Positions 56,135 through 64,000 of a stretch of 64,000 nucleotides of DNA are shown here, piece by piece (position 1 is the first letter of the stretch; the number at the start of each line of letters is the position of its first letter). The translations under genes were made by a program, and so were the position numbers. Source of the stretch: Kiritimatiellia bacterium (lineage in GTDB: Bacteria > Verrucomicrobiota > Kiritimatiellia > RFP12 > UBA1067); contig JBMNFY010000017.1 of NCBI GenBank assembly GCA_050949565.1, positions 352,001 through 416,000 of the forward strand, in the 5' to 3' direction. The notes below the pieces were generated by a model that worked only from the letters and a program-made list of their open reading frames with translations, was not told where the DNA came from and made no database searches.

Positions 56135-56632
56135 AACTCCTTGCCCATAACTTGAGCGTTAAAAGTTGAACGTTGAGCGTTAAACGTTTTTAACTCAGAA
56201 CGCTGAACGTCGAACGCTGAACTCAGGTACAAAGGGATCGGTATTGACTCGCGACCCGCGACGTGCGACTTGCAGCCAACCCTGCCCCCAAAAATCTGCG
56301 TTAAAAATCTAAACCACGAACCACACGAACAACACGAAAGCAGTGCTGTGCCTTTTCGTGTATTCCGTGTATTTCGTGGTTAAACAAACCCGAGCAATGC
56401 CCCTCCAAAATCTGCGTCATCTGTGTAATCTGTGGATAGAAAAAACCGAGCCATGCCCTTCCAAAAACCTTGGCGTTCTTGGCGCCTTGGCGGTTCCAAA
56501 AACCCGAGCAATGCCCCTCCAAAATCTGCGTCATCTGTGTAATCTGTGGATAGAAAACCAAGCAACGCCCCTCAAAAAACCTTCGTGCCCTTCGTGTCTC
56601 CGTGGTTAAAACAACCGAGCCCTGCCCCTGTC
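56135..56632. repeat. ~100-bp element (copy 3) followed by a ~57-bp-period linker/unit array
   Basis: Linker CCGAGCAATGCCCCTCCAAAA variants at 56390, 56446, 56504, 56558 and 56615 (degenerate copy at 56276). Confidence 0.9.
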
Positions 56633-56742
56633 ACCGCGCGGACTACCCCAGCCTGAAAAAACGCTTCACTTCCCCCCGTTGGATGGTATACACTTGAACC
56701 GTTGATTTTGGATTGTCTCAATCAATAAACAAGGATCACGCC

Positions 56743-59700
56743 ATGAACATTAAAACACGCATCCTTCCCGCACTACTCCTTGCCGCCGTGCTGTTACCCT
56801 TCTCAGTGTACGCCTACACCTACGGTGATTACACCTACACCGTCTATGACGGCAAAGCCACCATCACCGACTTTAATTCATCCTACTCCGGATCCTTGAC
56901 CATTCCCTCCACCCTCGGCGGCTATCCCGTCACATCCATCAGCTACAGAGCCTTCTACAACTGCTATCGCCTCACCTCCGTCACCATCCCTGACAGCGCC
57001 ACAAGAATCGGCGACGAAGCCTTCTCATCCTGCACCTCCCTCACAGCGATCAACGTATCGAAAAACAACCCGGCCTACACAAGTACCAACGGCGTCCTCT
57101 TCAACAAAAACTTGACCACTCTGATCCAGTGCCCCGGTGGCTTCTCTGGATCCTACACCATCCCCGACAGCGTCACATCCATCGGCGACAGCGCCTTCCG
57201 CTCCTGCGACATCCCTCACGGCAATCAACGTATCGGAAAACAATCCGGCCTACACAAGTGCCAACGGTATCCTTTTCAACAAAAGCTTGACCGCTCTAAT
57301 CCAGTGCCCCGGTAGCTTCTCCGGATCCTACACCATTCCAGACAGCGTCACATCCATCGGCGACAGCGCCTTCTACGACTGCACCAAACTCACCTCCGTC
57401 AACATCCCTGACAGCGTCAAAAGCGTCGGCGACTGGGCCTTCGGCTGGTGCGCGTCCCTCGCCTCCGTCACCATCGGGAACAGCGTCACCGACATCGGCG
57501 GCTACGCCTTCTGCTACTGCTCCTCCCTCGCCTCCGTCGTCATCGGAAACAACGTCATCGCCATCGGCGACAGAGCCTTCTACAACTGCGACTCCCTCAC
57601 CTCCGTCAACATTCCCGACAGCGTAACAAACATCGGCGGCTGGGCCTTCGGGAACTGCTATCGCCTCACCTCCGTCACCATCCCTGACAGCGTAACAACC
57701 ATCGGCTACTGGGCCTTCCGCTCATGCACCAACATCACCTCCGTCACCATCGGAAACAGCGTCACAAACATCGGCGACTACGCCTTCGGAGACTGCTCCG
57801 CTTTGCAGTGCGCATATTTTAAAGGCAATGCTCCCTCTAGAGGTTACGATGTTTTTTTAAGATCCACTCAAACGACCGTCTACCGGCTACCTTATGCCAT
57901 AGGCTGGCCGACTGTGCCCAACTCTTGGTGTGGTCGACCGACTGCGTATTGGACTTGGCCGGTTACTGTGATGTTTGACCCGCTGGGGGGAGCAGTAGAT
58001 CCGTCAAACGCAACCATGAGCTACGGTTTCGCCTACGGTGTCTTGCCTGTACCGATGCTGGCCGGACATTTCTTCGGGGGCTGGTGGACCGAAGCCGGCG
58101 GCACGGGAACGCAGGTGACAGACACGACTTTAGTGACAACAGCGTCAGACCACACCCTCTATGCCAAATGGATCAACCCATACGCTGTCGGGAACGGCGA
58201 AAACGCCGTGCCGGTCGGCAAGGTCACGGCGGCTTGTCCATCCAGCTTGGCGGGGTCGGTTTGTTGGACGACGGCGACATGGCGGGGCTCGAATGGAGCG
58301 TGACCGGACGGGGCGTGCTGTCCTTTGACTGGAAGGTGTCGAGCGAGGCGGATTGGGATGTGCTGCGGTTCTACGAGGTCGGAACCGGAGAAACGAATGT
58401 GATCTCCGGCACGGGCGCGGAGTGGACGCGGATCACGCGGGTCGTGGAAGCGGACTCGCCGCACACGTTCCGCTGGGAATATGAGAAAGATCCGCATGGC
58501 GACTATGTCGGTGATGACTGCGGCTGGATCGATGCGTTCGACTGGGCGCCTTTCTTTGATCTGACCGTTAACGGCGGCACGGGCGGCGGCACTTACACCA
58601 ACGGCACAATCGTGACCGTCTCGGCGGACACACCCCCCGCTCACTACCTGTTTGATGTGTGGACAGGAGACACCGGCGCCGTAGCGAACGTACACGCGGC
58701 GACCACCACCCTGACCATGCCGGCGACGAACGCCGTGATAACGGCGACGTACAAGCCGATCCTCTATCCGGTCGAAGTCGTTGGCGGCCAGGGCAGCGGC
58801 GGCTACGCCTACGGCTCCACGGTGACGCTGAGCGCGGATATACCGGAAGGCAAGCGCTTCTACCGCTGGGCGGGCGACACGGCAAACATTGCCGACCTCA
58901 ACGCGCCGACGACCACGGTGTATTTCGCAGGTGAGTCGCTGGCGGTGACCTCGACCTATTGCGTACCGCTGACCGTGACGCAGGGCACGGGCAGCGGATG
59001 GTACCCCGAGGGAGCGACCGCCGTTGTGAAGGCCGACCCCAATCCGATGTGGATGGAGTTCGCAGGATGGATCGGCGACGGCGCAGGCCAAGTGGAAAAC
59101 GTCTTTCTGGCGGACACGACAATGGTGATCCCGACGCGGCCTTCCGCATTGACCGCCACCTACACCGACTCGGTGGCGCGCGTGGCGGGCTGTTACGGGC
59201 GCGCGTTCACGCGCTCGGGCGTGGAAGGCGGCATTTCGACGGACTTTGCGGCAGGCTCTCCCTCCGGCACGCCAGCAGTCAAGCTGGGCGGGGCGGGTGT
59301 GGTTCCGGACAACGGGTTTGCGGCCTTTGAAACCTCGGTTTTCGGCAGCGGAACCGTCACGTTCTGGTGGCGGGTTTCGAGCGAACGCGATGCCGACTAC
59401 TTGAAGTTTCTCGTGGACGGCACGCAGGTCGCCGCCCTTTCTGGAACGAAAGGTCCATGGACGCAGGTTTCGCAACGGATCGAGGGCGCGGGCGCATCCC
59501 ATGTTTTGCGCTGGGAATACGCGAAAAACGATTCCTTCGCCAGCAGTACCGATGCGGGCTGGGTGGACGACATCGTTTGGACGGGAGACATTCCCGAACC
59601 GGTGCTCTCGCCCGACATTCAAGAGACGGCCTTCACCAACGGGGTGTTCGGCATCCGTTTCCTGGGCGAACGCGGCATTCCCTACGCGGTCTACAGCAAC

Positions 59701-59847
59701 GCCACGCTCAACGCGGACGGCTGGGCGTTCATGCAGACCGTGACGCAGGAAGAGGGAGAAACCAACGGCGTGTTCCGTTTCGGCACGGTTATTCTCCCGC
59801 CCGTCGGCCAGCGCTCCGGCTTCTACCGCATCAAGAGCGGGCCTTGA
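56743..59847 (+). CDS. BspA-type leucine-rich-repeat surface protein with InlB-B-type repeats; two apparent frameshifts (~57208, ~58228)
   Basis: Signal peptide; LTSVTIPDSVTSIGDSAF repeats; FDWKVSSE...D.L.F...W.Y.KD modules; C-terminal FYRIK; three ORF fragments join in series. Confidence 0.8.
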
Positions 59848-59854
59848 GATGCAG

Positions 59855-60316
59855 TGGAATCCTCCGCGCAAAGCGCGGAGGCTCCATTTAGGATTTAGGA
59901 GTTAGGAGTTTTTTTTTAACGCAGAGGCGCAGAGACGCAGAGGTTATTGCGACCACCCAGTGGTCGCAATGATGAGTGTAAAAACGGGCGGGAAGACGGG
60001 CACCGGGTGCGCACGGGACATGCAATGGGGCTCGCGCGGGAGACAGCCCCAAAATGCGCCCATCATGCTGTAAATGGTCACGGGCGGGGCGCGGCTGCGC
60101 GGTACAAGGTTTTAACCTCATCTTTGTGACCACTGAGTGGTCACAAAAAGTGGTCGCAATGATGAGTGTAAAAGCCCTGCTCTGCTTTTGCCGATTCCGA
60201 TTTCGATAGCGATCCCGATCCCGGCGGCGGCGTGAAACGCCGCCCGGACGAGCAGACGCTCGTCCCTCCCGGTGCTCCGAGAGTCCGGTCATAGGCTTGG
60301 AGGGCGAGCGTCCCCG
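59855..60316. repeat. Hairpin (59855-59886) plus repeat mosaic between convergent genes
   Basis: TGGAATCCTCCGCGC-AAA-GCGCGGAGGCTCCA; TTAGGAG heptamers; 25-bp palindrome; block nearly identical to 53499-53660. Confidence 0.88.
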
Positions 60317-60317
60317 T

Positions 60318-61157
60318 TCACAGCATATCGCGTATACGGTTGGCTTCGCGGATGTATGCGTCGAGACGCTCCCAGTCCCGCTCCTCCAAGCAACGCGTGA
60401 AGACGGTTAGGCGATCGGAGAAGGCCGCAATAGCGTCAAGGATCGCATCGCGGTTCTGCTCGAAGATCGGCACCCACATCTCGGGTGAACTTTTCGCGAG
60501 GCGCACAGTGGAAGCGAATCCGCCGCCCGCTAGACGCGGCACGGCGTACCCGGCCTTCTCCTCGCTCTGGACGGCGAGCGAGAGGGCATAGGCGGCCACA
60601 TGCGAAAGATGCGAAACGTATGCGGCGTGGCGGTCATGCTGTTCGGCGGTCATGAACTCGAACTTGAGGCCGACCGCGTGGAAAAGCTCGAGCGCGGTCT
60701 TGCAGGCGTCCGGTGCGCTCCACTCGAGATCGCACAACAGCACGGTTTTGTTCCGGAAAAGTCCTTCCAGCGCGGCGTCGGGACCGGCGTGCTCCGTGCC
60801 CGCCATGGGGTGCGCCGCGACGTACCGTTCGCGATTCGGATGCTCGCGCACCGCGTCGGCAATACGTAGCTTGGTCGAACCGAGATCGATCACGGTCTGT
60901 CCGTCACGCGCGGTGTCGAGCAATCGCGGCAGAAGCGTTTCGATGGCGTTGACCGGTACCGCCAGCAACAGCACGTCGGCCTCGCTGGCGGCTTCGTCCA
61001 AGGCGACGACGCGGTCGACAAGACCGAGTTCGAGTGCGCGCGCCGCATGTGCCGGATCGGTGTCCACGCCGAGCAGCTCTTCGGCCAGATCTGACTTACG
61101 CAAGTCGCGGGCGAACGAACCGCCGATCAAGCCGAGTCCGATGAAAGCGAGTGTCAT
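60318..61157 (-). CDS. tyrA: Prephenate dehydrogenase
   Basis: IGLGLIGGS, DLGSTK, HPMAGTE..G, HD...AYVSHLSH, RLAKSSPEMW. Confidence 0.93.
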   Translation of the reverse strand: MTLAFIGLGLIGGSFARDLRKSDLAEELLGVDTDPAHAARALELGLVDRVVALDEAASEADVLLLAVPVNAIETLLPRLLDTARDGQTVIDLGSTKLRIADAVREHPNRERYVAAHPMAGTEHAGPDAALEGLFRNKTVLLCDLEWSAPDACKTALELFHAVGLKFEFMTAEQHDRHAAYVSHLSHVAAYALSLAVQSEEKAGYAVPRLAGGGFASTVRLAKSSPEMWVPIFEQNRDAILDAIAAFSDRLTVFTRCLEERDWERLDAYIREANRIRDML

Positions 61158-62032
61158 GTCGAAGCCTGAGGTTGGAGGTTGGTGGACGCGCCGCCGCACG
61201 TCCCGATGGGTTCCGTCAGACCGAACAGGCCAGCAGCGTTGTCCCAGAGAATCTGCCGCTGTTGGTGCTCCGTGAACGGCAACGCGAGGAAGGCGCGTAG
61301 CACGGCCCGCGGCGACTGCCACGGGGCGTCTGTACCAAACAGGATGCGCGACGTACCGTGCCGTTGCACCATGCGCACGATTTGCTCGTCAGGCATCCAG
61401 AAGAGCGTGTGTGACAGATCAAGGTAGATCGGGCGGCCAATGAGCTCCGCCTCCGCCTCGTCCCACATCTGGAAGCCACCTAAGTGCGCAGCCACAACCG
61501 TCAAGCGCGGGTACGCCGCCAGCAACGCCGCCAGCGTGCGGGGCGTCGTGTGAAAGGGTGACGAAAAGACACGCTCACCGCCGGCATGCAGGAAGACCAA
61601 GAGGCCGCGCTCGACGCAGCCGCTCCAGACCGGTTGCACGCGCGGATCATCCAAGGTGAAGGTCTGGTACTCGGGATGCAGCTTGACACCGCGGAAGCCA
61701 GCCGCCTGAATGGAATCGAGCGTGGCCGGGATGTCGGACGTGTCGGGGTGGATGGTCGCGAGGCTGCGCACCGGGCCGCAGTTGATCTTGGCGGCCCAGG
61801 CGTTGATCGACGCCACCTGATCGGGGCGGGTCGCGACGGGTAGATTGAGCGCACCGCAGATGCCGGAGCGGGCGAGGTCTGCCGTCAGCCCGGCCACAGT
61901 GCCGTCGAATGCCGGCGGATTGCCAAAGCGTTGCGCGAGCGCGTCCACCGCCTTGGGGGCCAGTTCGTCTGGATACAGGTGGACGTGGCAGTCAAAAACC
62001 AACGGTTGTTTTTCTGGATGAGTCGTTTGCAT
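61154..62032 (-). CDS. Amidohydrolase family 2 (TIM-barrel metallohydrolase)
   Basis: DCHVH, GVKLHPEYQ, FLHAG, AAHLGG, LFGTD.PW, ILWDNA. Confidence 0.9.
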   Translation of the reverse strand: MQTTHPEKQPLVFDCHVHLYPDELAPKAVDALAQRFGNPPAFDGTVAGLTADLARSGICGALNLPVATRPDQVASINAWAAKINCGPVRSLATIHPDTSDIPATLDSIQAAGFRGVKLHPEYQTFTLDDPRVQPVWSGCVERGLLVFLHAGGERVFSSPFHTTPRTLAALLAAYPRLTVVAAHLGGFQMWDEAEAELIGRPIYLDLSHTLFWMPDEQIVRMVQRHGTSRILFGTDAPWQSPRAVLRAFLALPFTEHQQRQILWDNAAGLFGLTEPIGTCGGASTNLQPQAST

Positions 62033-62097
62033 TTGGAATGCGCGACATTGTATGCTTCCCCCACGAACCACGCAAGCGAACTCTGACCTGCTTCCGG

Positions 62098-62126
62098 TTG
62101 CCGGATTGGATTGAAAATCGTATAAT
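62098..62126 (+). promoter_or_regulatory. Sigma70 promoter
   Basis: TTGCCG-17 bp-TATAAT, 7 nt before ATG 62134. Confidence 0.6.
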
Positions 62127-62133
62127 GCGGGCC

Positions 62134-62667
62134 ATGAAACAAGGATGGATAGTATGCGCGGTTCTCTTGGCCGCAAGCGTTGTGGCGCAGGCCCGAGGCA
62201 TCAAAATCTGTTTCGAGGCGGAATCCGCTACGGCTGTGGAGGCCCCGATGGTCGTGGTCTCGAATGGCGTTGAGGGGGCTTCCGGTGCTTACCTTGAGAT
62301 TCCCGAAGGTGCCGGCAACCCGCCTAAGGTCGAGGCCGGCAAGGCGGTGTTTACCGTTGACGTGCCGGAGGACGGCGCGTTCACGCTCTGGTGCCGTGTC
62401 TGGTGGGAGGATGAGTGCGGCAACTCCTTCACGGTCAAAATCGACGACCAACCCGCCTTTCTGTTCGGCGAGGACGCCACCTACAAGACCTGGCACTGGG
62501 TCAAATACCCGGTGGCGCGCACCACACCGCCGATCAAGCTCGCCAAAGGTTCGCACACGCTGACCTTCCACAACCGTGAGGACGGCGTGCGGCTTGATCA
62601 GGTGCTGCTCAGTGCGGACAAGCGCTTCGTGCCGGTCGAAATCGAGACCCCGGGAATTCGTCCATGA
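62134..62667 (+). CDS. Secreted protein with a carbohydrate-binding-module-like beta-sandwich
   Basis: Signal peptide; FEAE, GASG.YL, W.RV, NSF.V.ID, WHW, G.HTL...REDG..LD. Confidence 0.7.
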   Translation: MKQGWIVCAVLLAASVVAQARGIKICFEAESATAVEAPMVVVSNGVEGASGAYLEIPEGAGNPPKVEAGKAVFTVDVPEDGAFTLWCRVWWEDECGNSFTVKIDDQPAFLFGEDATYKTWHWVKYPVARTTPPIKLAKGSHTLTFHNREDGVRLDQVLLSADKRFVPVEIETPGIRP

Positions 62668-63968
62668 AGACTGGGCGCCTCCATGGCTGGTTGCAGGTGA
62701 CCTTCCGCTGGGGAGCACTGCTGACCCTCTGCACGGCGCCCACCCAGTGGACCCTGATCACCAACCCGCGTTTGGGCCTGGCCGACTTGCTGCTGGCGGC
62801 GACGGCCGGCGTGTGGGGGCTCGACATCCTGCTGACGCGCGGCTGGCGTCGGCTTTGGGCGGCACGACCGCACTGGACGCATCTGCTTTTCACACTCTGC
62901 GCCGCTACGGCGGTCTGCACGGCGGTCGACCGTGGCGAGGCGCTCAAAGAGCTGGTACAGATTTTCGAATACTTTATCGTGGGAGCCATGGTCTTCGCCG
63001 CTTTCCTGCGCGAGCGTGATGACACCGCGTTGGTCGGCGCGCGCCTCGTCAGTCATCCGCCGCTCTTTCCGACGCTGGGCGTGGTCACGGCAGTGGTGCT
63101 GGCGCTGGCGCTGGTGCAATACTTTTCGCCGGCGGGGCACCGTTCGATTGCTTGCTTTGCTGAACCGAAAACACTGGACATCATCGTGAACGTTCTGGGT
63201 GGCCGGGAGAGCCCGCTGCTGGTCGGCGGGACCTTCGGCAACCGCAACGTGCTGGGCGGTTTCATGACGTTGGCGTTACCGCTGGCGGCCGCCGGTGCGC
63301 TGGGTGCCGTGCGCGGGATCGTCGCGCGTATCGGCTGCGCACTGCTGTTGCTGGCCGGGCTGACAGTGATCCTGTCAGGCGCCGCCTACTGGGCGGTGAT
63401 CATCGCGGTGGTTGCACTGGCTGCGACGCGCGGCGTGAAAGTCTTCATCCCCGTCGCGCTGGTGCTCGTCCTGTGGCAGGCGTGCGTCCTGCCGAACCTG
63501 CCGCGCGAGAATGATCTGTGCCACTTCGAGTCGGTCGCGCTCTACGACGATGCGGGACAGCCCACCCGACGTTATCCCGAGTGGCAAGCAGCCGCCAGTA
63601 TGATTCTCACGCATCCTTGGTTGGGCGTAGGCCCCGGCAACTATCAGCGGCAGGTGGGGCCCTTTTACGGACAGGTGCCGAACGCCACCGGACCGGCGGA
63701 GCCCGACATTCAGAATCTCTATCTCGTGCTGGGCGCGACCTGCGGCCTTCCGGCGTTACTGGCCTTTGGAGCGCTACTGACCACCGCCATCGGCTCCGCG
63801 CAAAAGGCCGGGCGGGCGGGCGTAGCCGCAGCGCTGGCGGCTTTTTCGCTGGCGTGCGTATGGCATCCTTTGTTAGTGCGCGGGCTCGGCCTGCCGCTTG
63901 TCTTTGTTCTCGCGCTAGCGCGCCACCCGCAACAGGAGAAGGCTCCCGATGGACCCATCCCCCTCTGA
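62664..63968 (+). CDS. O-antigen ligase-like membrane protein
   Basis: GTFGNRNVLGG, HPWLGVGPGNY, NLYL..GA..GL; many TM segments. Confidence 0.78.
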   Translation: MKTGRLHGWLQVTFRWGALLTLCTAPTQWTLITNPRLGLADLLLAATAGVWGLDILLTRGWRRLWAARPHWTHLLFTLCAATAVCTAVDRGEALKELVQIFEYFIVGAMVFAAFLRERDDTALVGARLVSHPPLFPTLGVVTAVVLALALVQYFSPAGHRSIACFAEPKTLDIIVNVLGGRESPLLVGGTFGNRNVLGGFMTLALPLAAAGALGAVRGIVARIGCALLLLAGLTVILSGAAYWAVIIAVVALAATRGVKVFIPVALVLVLWQACVLPNLPRENDLCHFESVALYDDAGQPTRRYPEWQAAASMILTHPWLGVGPGNYQRQVGPFYGQVPNATGPAEPDIQNLYLVLGATCGLPALLAFGALLTTAIGSAQKAGRAGVAAALAAFSLACVWHPLLVRGLGLPLVFVLALARHPQQEKAPDGPIPL

Positions 63969-64000
63969 GGCCCCGAGAATTTTTGAACTGCCCGCACACA

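Noticed and set aside
56276-56632. Canonical CRISPR array
   Set aside because: The linkers are degenerate, the 'spacers' are themselves internal triplet repeats (two identical), and there are no cas genes; kept as a non-CRISPR finding
53350-56640. Integron or prophage
   Set aside because: No tyrosine integrase, convincing attC boxes or phage genes
38948-59871. Long antisense ORFs (38948..40525, 50345..51715, 58159..59871 and similar)
   Set aside because: GC-rich shadow ORFs opposite well-supported genes

Overview
Bacterial genomic DNA, mostly GC-rich. The protein style and repeat content suggest a PVC-superphylum organism such as Kiritimatiellia or Verrucomicrobia, which is an inference. 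The region 1-32 kb is a surface-polysaccharide/glycosylation region (epimerase, GT2/GT4/GT11, two asparagine-synthase-like amidotransferases, FdtA/FdtB-like, methyltransferases, CapA-like, flippase). It is interrupted by a 1.8-kb ISKra4/ISLre2-like IS (22-bp TIRs, 9-bp TSD), a 7-kb secreted LamG-repeat gene, and a 1.4-kb IR-bounded repeat island holding an antitoxin and an internally deleted vapC. The region 32-36 kb has gltA, an aldo/keto reductase and mscS. The region 36-53 kb is a minus-strand gld-like ABC / moxR / bat operon. The region 53-57 kb has two type II TA modules inside repeat mosaics. The region 57-64 kb has a BspA-type LRR surface protein, tyrA, an amidohydrolase and an O-antigen-ligase-like gene. 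No rRNA, tRNA, cas or reverse transcriptase genes were seen. The most striking signal is a modular short-repeat system. All seven gene junctions of the moxR-bat operon carry repeats. Two junctions hold a four-helix-bundle (Avd/IVP-like) gene enclosed by inverted heptamer arrays that run from the upstream stop codon to the downstream start codon, and each paralog has its own repeat sequence plus an 'empty' copy at the neighbouring junction. Other junction repeats are read in frame as N-terminal extensions. A separate ~57-bp-period array alternates a constant linker with interchangeable 9-mer-triplet units. Several single-base frameshifts probably reflect assembly errors. All family assignments come from motif recognition by eye, and no database searches were run.
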